Below, one piece after another: positions 10,404 to 19,771 of a stretch of DNA of 38,472 bases. Under the pieces are notes generated by a model, which did not search any database, had not been told where the DNA came from, and saw only the letters and a list, made by a program, of their open reading frames with translations. The position numbers and the translations under genes are program-made. This DNA comes from a bacterium (GTDB taxonomy: Bacteria; Acidobacteriota; Blastocatellia; HR10). How positions within the stretch are numbered: the first letter of the stretch is position 1; every line of letters starts with the position of its first letter. The stretch is taken from the NCBI GenBank assembly GCA_041640655.1, contig JBEPZV010000022.1, positions 1-38,472 on the forward strand. The letters are read 5' to 3'.

Positions 10404-13238
10404 ATGAGGGATCGGACCCAAGGAGGATGGATTGTCGTCTTGGTCGTGCTCGCCCTTGCTCTGAGGTGCGCCTATGCTCAGGGCGAGTTGGCGACGATGC
10501 GAGGGAAAGTGACCGATGAGACGGGGGCGGTGATCCCCGGCGCCGTCGTCACGGCGACGAACGTCGAGACGGGCTTTCGGCGAACGGCCCGAACATCGGA
10601 CTCGGGGGATTACTGGCTCCCCGCCCTTCCCCCCGGGACATATGAGCTGGCGGTAGAGGCGACTGGGTTCACTCGCCAAATCCGGCGGGGCATCGTTCTG
10701 ACGATTCGGCAGGAAGCGATCATTGACGTCGTACTCAAGGTCGCGGGAATCGAGGAGACGGTCGTCGTCACGGCGGAGGCCCCGATTGTGGAGACCTCGA
10801 AGTCCGAGGTCACCACAGGCGTGAGCGAGCAAATGATTCGCGACCTACCGGTCAACACGCGCCGCTGGCTCGATTTGGGATTGCTCACCCCGGGGGTGAG
10901 TCAGGACAACATTCGGGGATTTTACTATAACAACCTCAACATCGGCGGAGGATCTCGCTGGTGGGCGAACGGCTTCGTCGTGGATGGTGTCACCAACACG
11001 TGGGCCGAGATGGGCGAGCCGCGTCAGAATTTCCCGCAGGATGCCATTCGCGAGTTCAAGGTCAACACGATGCAGTTCAAGGCCGAATATGGTCTGGCCA
11101 GCGGAGGTCTCCTGACGGCCGTCACGAAGTCGGGGACGAACGAGCTGCACGGGAGCGCGTTCCTCTTCTTCCGGGATAAGGTCCTCAACGCGCGCAATTT
11201 CTTCGAGAAAACGAGACCCAACTACCGGCGCTATCAATATGGGGGGAGCTTGGGCGGACCGATCGTGAAGGACAAGACGCACTTCTTTGGCTCTATCGAG
11301 CGCACGGATGAGAACCGCTTCTTCACCGTCTTCACCGGAGGGCTCTATCCGCAGGAGGAGGGGACGTTTCTGAGCGATCAATGGCGGACGATGTTCGTCG
11401 TCCGGGTGGACCATCAATTCAACGAGAGCCATAAGCTCTTCGCTCGATATGCGCAGGAGGACGAGTATCGGCCGTTTTTGACCGCTGGGGGGATCAACGC
11501 GCGGAGCGCGGGCTTTGGTTTCGCCGTTCCCCGTCGGGCACCGGTTATTGGATGGACGTGGACGATCTCACCGCGAGCGCTGAATGACTTCCGCTTTCAA
11601 TATGCCTTCGCCAAATACATCGTCTCCCCGGCTGACACGGGGAAGCGCGGCCATTCGTTCGATCCAGGCGATTTCCCTCAGAAGCGCTTCGACGACTGCG
11701 CGCAGATCATCGTGCGTCCCAGCTTGGTCACCGGCAATTGCAATTCGCAAATGGGGCCTGAAAAGCGGTGGCAGTTCGTGAACAACTTCTCCTACCACAT
11801 TCCGAACCGGTACGGGAAGCACGAGATCAAGACCGGCGTGGATTACAACTGGATTGATTTCGCGGCCGACATCTTCATCAACGTGAAGGGGACCTATTCC
11901 TTCGCGACCGACAAGCCCTACGATCCGAACGATCCGACGACCCGCCCATATCTCTTCACCATGCAATTTCCGGCCTACACGCGGAAGCCGGTGACGCACT
12001 TCTCCGCGTACGTTCAGGACGATTGGTCGCCAATCCCCTATCTCACGCTCAATCTCGGACTGAGGTACGATGTGCAACTGGGTTCCTTCAATGAAGACAT
12101 TGACCAAATCCGATTCCCCGTCCCGGTGCCGTACGTCACTTCCAAGGGACGCGGAGATCACAACAACTTCGGGCCTCGATTTGGTTTCGCGTGGGATCCG
12201 ACGCGGAAGGGCAAGGCCGTGATCCGCGGCGGCTATGGGATCTACTACGAGAACGTCCGGACGCTCACGAACTTCGCCGAGCGTTGGTGGCCGCAGCAGA
12301 AGCTGATCGTCATCTCCAATCCGGCGTATCCGGATCCTTTCCAGGGGCGGAGCCCGGAGGAGTTCATCTCCAAAGCGCCGCCCAATATCACCGTGCTGGC
12401 CAACGATAGCGTCAATCCGTACTCCGAGCAGTACAACCTCGGGCTCAGCATGCAACTGACGCCGAATGTGGCCGTTACAGTGGACGGCGTCTACCACCTC
12501 GGGCTCAAGCAGTGGCGCGCCATAGATGCGAACTATTTCCCCAGCCCGACTGTCCGCGTGCGCCCCAACCCCAATTTCGCACGCGTGACGCGGCGGGAGA
12601 CGGCGGCGAAGTCCCACTATAAGGCGCTCTACGTCAAGGTGGAGAAGCGCTTCAGCCGGAGCTTCACCTTCCTGAGCCATTACACGTTGGCCAAGGGGAA
12701 GGACAATTTGCATGATGGACTCCCGCCGGATCAATTTCGCCTGAGCGACGAATGGGGGCCGAGCCCGACTGATCGCCGTCATGCGTTCGTCTTCAGCGGT
12801 CTGTGGCAACTGCCCTACGGATTCACGCTGGGGGCGATCGTGCAGCTCCGATCGAGTCTGCCGTTTGAAATCACGGCGGGGACGGACCTCAACGGCGACG
12901 GCGTGGCGGGCGATCGCCCGGTGGGCATCACCCGAAACATGGGCTGCCGGGCCATGGACCTGCAGGCGCTCAATGCGTATCGGCAGGCGAATCGGCTCGC
13001 CCCGGTGAGCGAGGCAGACATTCTGTGTCCGGGCTATGCGAACGTGGACTTCCGGCTGACGAAGGCCTTCGCCTTCAAGGAGGCCACGCGCCTGGAGGTG
13101 ATCTTCCAATCCTTCAACCTCTTCAATCGGGTCAACTTCAATCCGCCAACAGGGAATCTGCGCTCCGGGCTCTTCGGAAAGCCCACGACGGCGCTGGATG
13201 CGCGCCAGCTTGAGTTGGCGCTGCGGTTCAGCTTCTGA
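10404..13238 (+). CDS. TonB-dependent receptor, Oar-like, with carboxypeptidase-regulatory-like N-domain
   Basis: Signal peptide; GKVTDETGAVIPGAVVTATN, TKSGTNELHGS, YVQDDW..LTLNLGLRYD, NNFGPRFGFAW; terminal Phe (LRFSF). ATG 10404 follows GAGGAGG. Confidence 0.92.
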   Translation: MRDRTQGGWIVVLVVLALALRCAYAQGELATMRGKVTDETGAVIPGAVVTATNVETGFRRTARTSDSGDYWLPALPPGTYELAVEATGFTRQIRRGIVLTIRQEAIIDVVLKVAGIEETVVVTAEAPIVETSKSEVTTGVSEQMIRDLPVNTRRWLDLGLLTPGVSQDNIRGFYYNNLNIGGGSRWWANGFVVDGVTNTWAEMGEPRQNFPQDAIREFKVNTMQFKAEYGLASGGLLTAVTKSGTNELHGSAFLFFRDKVLNARNFFEKTRPNYRRYQYGGSLGGPIVKDKTHFFGSIERTDENRFFTVFTGGLYPQEEGTFLSDQWRTMFVVRVDHQFNESHKLFARYAQEDEYRPFLTAGGINARSAGFGFAVPRRAPVIGWTWTISPRALNDFRFQYAFAKYIVSPADTGKRGHSFDPGDFPQKRFDDCAQIIVRPSLVTGNCNSQMGPEKRWQFVNNFSYHIPNRYGKHEIKTGVDYNWIDFAADIFINVKGTYSFATDKPYDPNDPTTRPYLFTMQFPAYTRKPVTHFSAYVQDDWSPIPYLTLNLGLRYDVQLGSFNEDIDQIRFPVPVPYVTSKGRGDHNNFGPRFGFAWDPTRKGKAVIRGGYGIYYENVRTLTNFAERWWPQQKLIVISNPAYPDPFQGRSPEEFISKAPPNITVLANDSVNPYSEQYNLGLSMQLTPNVAVTVDGVYHLGLKQWRAIDANYFPSPTVRVRPNPNFARVTRRETAAKSHYKALYVKVEKRFSRSFTFLSHYTLAKGKDNLHDGLPPDQFRLSDEWGPSPTDRRHAFVFSGLWQLPYGFTLGAIVQLRSSLPFEITAGTDLNGDGVAGDRPVGITRNMGCRAMDLQALNAYRQANRLAPVSEADILCPGYANVDFRLTKAFAFKEATRLEVIFQSFNLFNRVNFNPPTGNLRSGLFGKPTTALDARQLELALRFSF

Positions 13239-13249
13239 TCGTGCTCGGT

Positions 13250-13325
13250 CCTCACGGGAGAGGTGCGATGAGTCCCGAGTGCGGCGGCATGTCCATGAGG
13301 GACTTCACCGCCCTCTCCTGTGAGG
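13250..13325 (+). other. Long intergenic stem-loop between the TBDR and M14 genes
   Basis: CCTCACGGGAGAGG (13250-13263) pairs with CCTCTCCTGTGAGG (13312-13325); inner AGTCCC/GGGACT. Confidence 0.6.
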
Positions 13326-13372
13326 TCCACGGACCTTCTTCGATTCGCGGCGGCATCCTGGGGGGACGAACG

Positions 13373-16300
13373 ATGAGAAGGAATGCTCGATGTTTGGCGG
13401 TGCTGGGGGGATCGGCCGTGCTCATACTCGCTCTTTCGATCCCGGCACACGCGCAGGAGCGGCTTTCGAGTCTCGCGCAGGTGTTCTCGAAAGGATACCT
13501 GCTCCAAGATCGCAACGATGACGGTGTCGTTGATTTCGTCGCGCTGGCGATCATCGCTCCTCGCGAAGCCACAGCGGCTGACGCGGCCATCCTCGCGGAC
13601 ATCGGCGCGCGTTTGGGATTCGAGACGATGGGGCTCGATGTGCCATTGGTCTTCACGGATTCGGATCCCGCGCTCCCGGAAACCCCTTATGTGCTCCTGA
13701 TCGGGAGCAAGAATCGGTGGATTCAACGACTCGTCGGCGAAGGACGGCTGGATCTGGCGACGCTCAACCCCGGGGAGGGGATGATCGCGCTCCTTCCCTC
13801 CGCTCTCGAGGGGAGAGATGCGCTCGTCATTGTGGGACGCGATGACGATGGCCTTCGGGAAGCCGGTCACGTCTTCGCCGCACGGATGCCGTACCTCTGG
13901 CGCGTGGGGAGAGAGACCGTGAGACAGATCGAGGAAGAGGCAACGGCGTTCTTCGAGAGAAACGGCCTCGGGCGCCCATCGGTAGCCGCGCGCACCATCA
14001 CGGTGCGCAGGGGAGCGGAGGAGATCGCGTCGGTCCTCCTTGAAGTGTCGTTCGGTCGCGCGACCGAAGCGGTGCAGGCCGCCGAACGGCTTCGGGAGCT
14101 TGCGGCCGCGCATGAACGGCATCAGCGCGAGGACGTGCTCAATTACGCGAGCGTCGCTCGGCTGATCTTCGAGCTTCGAGCAGGAGCCGAGGCGCAACGC
14201 GTGGAGGTTCCAAGAAGCGGGATGCCGAAGAGGGATCCGCTCCCCCTCGTCCGTGAGAGTCGGGAACCCGCTCGAGAGTTGAGCCTGGCCAACATTTACT
14301 CCACGGAAGGGCTCCTGAAAGGATCGCCGACCGAACTCATCCCGAACCGCGTGGACACGACGATCCTCGTGGGACCGGATCGGGAGGCGGTGTGGGCGGC
14401 GGAGATCGCCGCGCGCCTCGGCTTGGAATCCACGGGTGTGAAGCTGCCCATCTCCCGAATGGCCAATGAGGTCACAGATGAGAAGAGCGAGATCAATCCG
14501 GTCCTGATCGGGCGAGAGAACCCCTTCGTGCGAGCGCTTCGAGAGCGAGGGAAGCTGACGACTCTCGCGGAGTTGCAACCGAATCAGGGCGTGGTCGAGA
14601 TCGTTCATCATGCGTTTGACGAATCTCCAGCCGTCGTCGTCGCGGGCGCCGATGAGGCGGGGACGCGCGAGGCGGCCCGCTACTTGGCCGCTCGTGTCCC
14701 CTATCTCTGGGAGCACAAGAAAGGCCGACTGACCCTTGGGATGATCGAGGACGAGGTGCGACGGTTCTTCGCCGCGCGCTCCGGCGCCGGACAGGCGGCC
14801 ACAGCGCTCTACAAGCTGGATCGGCTCATCGCCTCGGAGCTTGCGGGAAAAGATGTGGAATCGGCCACTGTGAACGTCTACGTGGAGGACGCCGAGGATG
14901 GATTCGCCCGCTTCGTGGAGGACTACATTCGTCCCAAGCTCAAGGCCGAGCGCGTGCAGATCGCGGCGACCAACATTGATCTCTTCCATGCGCGGCCGAT
15001 TCTGGACGAATCGTGGGAGATCCCGTGGGAAGTTCAGGACGTCTGGAATGTGCTGCGCTCCCGCGTCCTCCCGCGCGTGAAGAAGCAGTCGCGTGTGGAG
15101 ATCGAGATTCGAGTGAGCGAGGCTCCGGAGGTTCGGCGCGAGCTGGAACGCGCCATTCGCGCGGCGTTGCGACAGCGAGGGATCCCCGAGGAGAGGATCA
15201 CCGTCCGCGTGCTCTCCGCCTACAAGCAAGGCTTCAGCTGGATCACGGACGTCGTGCTCCCGGCGATTCGGGAGCGCCGGTCGGAGATCGCGAAGATCCT
15301 CATTCGCTTCGCCCCTGTGGAACAGGAGAAGGATCGGCCGGAGCTTCGGTGGCAGACGATCTTCTCCCCTATTCGCTGGTTGCAGGAGCTGTATCCCATA
15401 GACGAAGTGCTCGCCCGTGAATTAGGGCTCCCCGTGGATGCGATCGTCTTCGAGAAGGCCGCTTCGCCCAAGAGCCCGATCTATCATCTTGAAGTCCTCG
15501 ATCGCGCGGGGCGTCCTCTCTATCAGGGCGATTTCGATCCGAAGTTCGTGGTCCTCCCGCTCTTTCGGCAGTTCCCCGACTACGAATCGGTTCGGGTGAC
15601 GACGGGATGGATTACGGCCGATGTGGACGGCCGGCGCGTGGCGGATGAACGGATCGTCACTGATCCGGAGAAGTTCTGGGCTCTCTATCAGACGAAGCTC
15701 CTGCCGCGTCTTTTCGCCTATGTCATGGACCTCTACGAGGGGCAGCCCAAGACCGAACACGCGCCGTACTTCGGCGAGTTGAGGGTGGAGCTGACGCTGA
15801 GCGAGCCGGATTATCCGCTGGGTATTGATCAGGAGCAGATCTCATCGCTCGAGGCCCTGCATGAGGACATCTATTTCGGCACATTGGCGTTCCTTGATCT
15901 CATTGGGTTGAAGTTCGTCGGGGAACGGTTGCTCTATCCGGGACGGATCATCCCCCTCATCTATCCCCCCCGCCATGGGGAGAATGGGCGCGCGCGGATC
16001 CTCCTCACGGGAAAGGCAGCGGGCTCTCCGCGCATCGTCCTCGAATGGACGGAGCGGGGGAAGGAAGGAAAGCAGAAACGTTCGCTCGACATCCCGAAGG
16101 TGGCCGTCGAAGATCCGCGCGTCGTGGCGGCCATTGTGGAGGCCGGATACGAAGGGGTACGACGCGTGGATGTCGCGCTGCGCACGGATACTGAGCGGGA
16201 TGAGCGCGAGGAGCTGATCAAACGGGCCCCTGAAGAGATCGTGGATCGCACGATCCTCTCCGCTGAGCAAGCGCGCGCCATGGTGGAGATCTTGCGGCGG

Positions 16301-17632
16301 CTTCATCAAGCGCGGCTCTTCACGGCGACGTTGGCCTATCCGCAGCTCGATCGCCTTCGCATCCGCCTCATCTCCCCGGAGAAGACGACGTCCGAGGACC
16401 TCCCGAATCCAGGCTCGACATTCCCGGTGAAAGATATCGAAGCCCGAGGGCGAGGATATCGGCATACGGGCGAGCGGATCGTCCACTGGGCGGAGCCGAT
16501 CAGCCCTGAAGCATGCGAGGAGATCATCGCGAAGCTCAGCACGTTTCCGGAGATCACGGCCTATTGGGTCGGCAGGTCGTACCTAGGACGCGACATCTGG
16601 GCGATGGACGTCATGTGGCCGATCTCGACGACGCTCTGGTCGCACGCGAAGGCGACGACGTTCAAGCCGACGCTCTTCATCTCCGGCCGACAACATGCCA
16701 ACGAGGTCTCCAGCACGAGTCATATCTTGCGCCTCGCCGAATTGCTGGCGACCGATCCGGCGTACAAGAAATATCTCAAGCGAGTGAATGTGGTGCTGCA
16801 TCCGATCACGAATCCGGATGGGGCCGCGCTGGCCTATGAGTTGCAGAAGCTCACCCCCCACTTCATGCTTCACGCCGGATATTGGGGGGCCTTGGGCGTG
16901 GACGTGACCGTCGGTCAATGGGAGCGCGATCCGATATATCCGGAGACAAGAGTGAGGCGCGAGATCTGGCGCACATGGTTGCCGGATGTTTTCCTGAATC
17001 CGCATGGCTATCCCTCCCACGAGTGGGTTCAGCTCTTCGGAGAGTACGCCGGATGGGTGCGCTCGCGTGTGCCCGAGCGCGGGCGGGCGTGGTGGGCCCC
17101 GCGCGGATGGTTCATTCCGGGGTTCTCCTATGTTCAAGACCCTCGATATCCGAAGCACAAGGACGTGGCCTTCGCGCTTCGCGATCGCATTGCCGAGGCG
17201 ATCAACAGCGACGCCCGTTTGCGCGAGCTGAATCGTCGCATGTACGCGCGCTATCGGAAGTACGGCGTGCAGTGGGATCCGAAGACCTACAAGGAGGACC
17301 TCCACAAAGGCGTGCGCATCTACACGGCCATCAAGGGGATCAAGCCGAGTCCGAATGCCCCGAGTTTCATGGGGCGATACCCTGCCGTGACCGTCTTCGA
17401 GAGCGGCACGGAAGCTCCCGATGAGACGGCGCGAGGAGAGTGGCTCGAGCTTGTGGCGACCGCGGGACTTCTCTTCGATCTCGCTCACGTGCAGTTCCTC
17501 TACGAATCCCACTACGAGGTGAAGCGGAGCGAGGAGGAGATGGCCACGGGCATCCGATTCACGGTGAGCCGAAAGCGCCCGGTGCTCCCCCCTCAGGCGG
17601 AGACGCGCGCCCTTGAGCCCTCGGCGCGATGA
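13373..17632 (+). CDS. Large secreted multidomain protein (1419 aa) with a C-terminal M14 zinc carboxypeptidase-fold domain
   Basis: Signal peptide ending AHA; GRSYLGRDI, GRQHANE (HxxE), NPDG, NPHGY; duplicated N-terminal domain. Confidence 0.8.
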   Translation: MRRNARCLAVLGGSAVLILALSIPAHAQERLSSLAQVFSKGYLLQDRNDDGVVDFVALAIIAPREATAADAAILADIGARLGFETMGLDVPLVFTDSDPALPETPYVLLIGSKNRWIQRLVGEGRLDLATLNPGEGMIALLPSALEGRDALVIVGRDDDGLREAGHVFAARMPYLWRVGRETVRQIEEEATAFFERNGLGRPSVAARTITVRRGAEEIASVLLEVSFGRATEAVQAAERLRELAAAHERHQREDVLNYASVARLIFELRAGAEAQRVEVPRSGMPKRDPLPLVRESREPARELSLANIYSTEGLLKGSPTELIPNRVDTTILVGPDREAVWAAEIAARLGLESTGVKLPISRMANEVTDEKSEINPVLIGRENPFVRALRERGKLTTLAELQPNQGVVEIVHHAFDESPAVVVAGADEAGTREAARYLAARVPYLWEHKKGRLTLGMIEDEVRRFFAARSGAGQAATALYKLDRLIASELAGKDVESATVNVYVEDAEDGFARFVEDYIRPKLKAERVQIAATNIDLFHARPILDESWEIPWEVQDVWNVLRSRVLPRVKKQSRVEIEIRVSEAPEVRRELERAIRAALRQRGIPEERITVRVLSAYKQGFSWITDVVLPAIRERRSEIAKILIRFAPVEQEKDRPELRWQTIFSPIRWLQELYPIDEVLARELGLPVDAIVFEKAASPKSPIYHLEVLDRAGRPLYQGDFDPKFVVLPLFRQFPDYESVRVTTGWITADVDGRRVADERIVTDPEKFWALYQTKLLPRLFAYVMDLYEGQPKTEHAPYFGELRVELTLSEPDYPLGIDQEQISSLEALHEDIYFGTLAFLDLIGLKFVGERLLYPGRIIPLIYPPRHGENGRARILLTGKAAGSPRIVLEWTERGKEGKQKRSLDIPKVAVEDPRVVAAIVEAGYEGVRRVDVALRTDTERDEREELIKRAPEEIVDRTILSAEQARAMVEILRRLHQARLFTATLAYPQLDRLRIRLISPEKTTSEDLPNPGSTFPVKDIEARGRGYRHTGERIVHWAEPISPEACEEIIAKLSTFPEITAYWVGRSYLGRDIWAMDVMWPISTTLWSHAKATTFKPTLFISGRQHANEVSSTSHILRLAELLATDPAYKKYLKRVNVVLHPITNPDGAALAYELQKLTPHFMLHAGYWGALGVDVTVGQWERDPIYPETRVRREIWRTWLPDVFLNPHGYPSHEWVQLFGEYAGWVRSRVPERGRAWWAPRGWFIPGFSYVQDPRYPKHKDVAFALRDRIAEAINSDARLRELNRRMYARYRKYGVQWDPKTYKEDLHKGVRIYTAIKGIKPSPNAPSFMGRYPAVTVFESGTEAPDETARGEWLELVATAGLLFDLAHVQFLYESHYEVKRSEEEMATGIRFTVSRKRPVLPPQAETRALEPSAR

Positions 17633-17750
17633 ATGGGCGATCCCCCTAAGCCGACCACTTGCGTCAGGACGAAGGCAGCGTCTATGGTGAGAGGGGACCG
17701 AGCAAGGCGCCTTGCCCTGATACTGAGGTGACCGAGAGCAGGAGGCGAAG

Positions 17751-19769
17751 ATGTTGCGAATTGGCGTGGATACGGGAGGGACATTCACGGACTTCGTCCT
17801 TGTGCGCGATGGGGTGATCGTCACCCTGAAGGTGCCTTCGACGCCGAAGCATCCCGAAGAAGCGGTGCTCGCGGGGGTGAGCGAGGTGCTCGGCGAAGAG
17901 GATGTGGAGTTCGAGTTGGTGCACGGGACGACCGTGGGAACCAACGCGTTGCTCGAGCGCAAGGGGGCGCGCACGGCGCTGCTCACGACCGAGGGATTCG
18001 AGGACGTGCTGGAGATCGGGCGACAGAATCGGCCGGGGTTGTATCAACTCACGGCCTCGCGGCCGAAGCCACTTGTCCCGCGAGCGCTTCGTTTCGGCGT
18101 GCGCGAGCGCGTGACATCTGCGGGAGAGGTGCTCATTCCCCTGGATCGCGATCAGGTGCACGAGCTGCGCGCGCGACTCGCGCAACTGGGCGTGGAATCC
18201 GTCGCCGTTTGCTACCTCTTCGCCTTCCTCGAACCGAGGCATGAGCGGGAGACGGCCGAGCTGTTGGCCGACCTCGGCGTGCCGGTCTCGCTCTCGCATG
18301 AGATCCTGCCGGAATTTCGCGAATACGAGCGCACCTCCACGACGGTCATCAACGCCTACTTGGCCCCACTCATGGGCCGATACATCCAGCGGCTGGAGGA
18401 GGGCTTGATCCATCTCGGAGACGCGCGCCGTTCTCCGGTCCGTCCGGTGCTGCGCATCATGCAGTCGAACGGGGGGTCGATCTCCGCGCGCGCAGCGGCC
18501 GAGCAGCCGGTGCGCACGGTGCTCTCCGGACCGGCCGGAGGTGTGGTCGGCGCCTTCGCCATTGCTCAACGCATCGGACTCTCGCGGATCATCACCTTCG
18601 ACATGGGGGGGACCTCGACCGACGTCAGCCTCGTGGAGGGCGCGATTCAAACGACGCACGAGGCGCGCATCGCCGAGATGCCCATCGGCATTCCAGTCAT
18701 TGACATCCACACGGTGGGCGCCGGCGGCGGGTCCATCGCGCGCGTGGATGAGGGCGGTGCCCTGCGCGTCGGACCGGAGAGCGCGGGCGCCGATCCGGGT
18801 CCCGTCTGCTATGGGCGAGGCGAAGAGATCACCGTCACCGATGCGCACCTGCTGCTTGGACGGCTCGATCCCGATCGGTTTCTCGGTGGAACGATGCCGC
18901 TTCATCCGGCGCGCACGCGCGAATACTTCAGCGTCTTCCGCCACCGTTTCCCCCGCCCGGCCTCGGAGGTGGAGATCGCCCTGGGGATTCTCGACGTCGC
19001 CAATGCCAACATGGCACGGGCCATCAAGGTCATCTCCATCGAACGCGGCCATGATCCGCGCGATTTCACCCTCATCGCTTTCGGAGGAGCTGGAGGGTTG
19101 CATGCGTGCGACCTCGCCGAGATGCTCTCGATCCCGCGCGTGCTGGTGCCGAAGCATCCCGGTTTGCTCTCAGCGCTCGGCGTCTTACTCTCGGACGTCG
19201 TCAAGGACTACTCGCAAACGGTCATGCTCGCGCAGGAGGAGATCGCGCCGGAGCGCTTGGAGGTGGTCTTCTCTCGCCTGGAGGCGCGCGCGCGCGCAGA
19301 CCTTCGCGCCGAGGGATTCCCCCCCGACCGCATCCTGCTCTCGCGCTTTGTGGACGCGCGCTATGCCGGACAAGCGTTCGAGCTGTCGCTGCCGTTCACG
19401 CCCGATCTCATCGCGGAGTTCCACCGCGCGCACGAACGTCGCTATGGCTATGCGGACTCTGCGCGAAAGGTCGAACTGGTCACTCTGCGCGTGAGAGTGT
19501 GCGGGATCACGGAGAAACCCGCCTTCCCGCCTCGCGAGCGCCGCGCGATCGCGGTGGAACCGGTGGCGCGCCGCCCCGTCTATTTCCAAGAGGACGGATC
19601 CCCGATCGCGCGAGAGACGCCCTTCTACTGGCGCGAAGCGCTCGCGCCAGGTGCGACGCTCGCCGGGCCGGCCATCGTCCTGGAGTACAGTGCGACGACG
19701 GTCGTCCCACCCGGATGGCGCGCGGAAGTAGACGAATACGAGAACGTGATCCTCTCGCGGGAGCGTTGA
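17751..19769 (+). CDS. Hydantoinase A / ATP-dependent 5-oxoprolinase family, ATP-binding subunit
   Basis: GVDTGGTFTD, HGTTVGTNA, EYERTSTT, SGPAGG, DMGGTSTD, GAGGGS, SAGADPGP; SD AGGAGG. Confidence 0.92.
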   Translation: MLRIGVDTGGTFTDFVLVRDGVIVTLKVPSTPKHPEEAVLAGVSEVLGEEDVEFELVHGTTVGTNALLERKGARTALLTTEGFEDVLEIGRQNRPGLYQLTASRPKPLVPRALRFGVRERVTSAGEVLIPLDRDQVHELRARLAQLGVESVAVCYLFAFLEPRHERETAELLADLGVPVSLSHEILPEFREYERTSTTVINAYLAPLMGRYIQRLEEGLIHLGDARRSPVRPVLRIMQSNGGSISARAAAEQPVRTVLSGPAGGVVGAFAIAQRIGLSRIITFDMGGTSTDVSLVEGAIQTTHEARIAEMPIGIPVIDIHTVGAGGGSIARVDEGGALRVGPESAGADPGPVCYGRGEEITVTDAHLLLGRLDPDRFLGGTMPLHPARTREYFSVFRHRFPRPASEVEIALGILDVANANMARAIKVISIERGHDPRDFTLIAFGGAGGLHACDLAEMLSIPRVLVPKHPGLLSALGVLLSDVVKDYSQTVMLAQEEIAPERLEVVFSRLEARARADLRAEGFPPDRILLSRFVDARYAGQAFELSLPFTPDLIAEFHRAHERRYGYADSARKVELVTLRVRVCGITEKPAFPPRERRAIAVEPVARRPVYFQEDGSPIARETPFYWREALAPGATLAGPAIVLEYSATTVVPPGWRAEVDEYENVILSRER

Positions 19770-19771
19770 AG

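Noticed and set aside
17659..17688. Possible promoter TTGCGT-18-TATGGT before hydantoinase A
   Set aside because: The match is too weak to list as a feature. It is kept only as a caveat on operon continuity.
19106..19771. Apparent 222-aa N-terminal extension of hydantoinase B, suggesting an A-B fusion by frameshift
   Set aside because: The extension is Arg/Ala/Gly-rich off-frame sequence overlapping subunit A. A ends normally at 19769 and B has its own ATG at 19772. No slippery site was seen.
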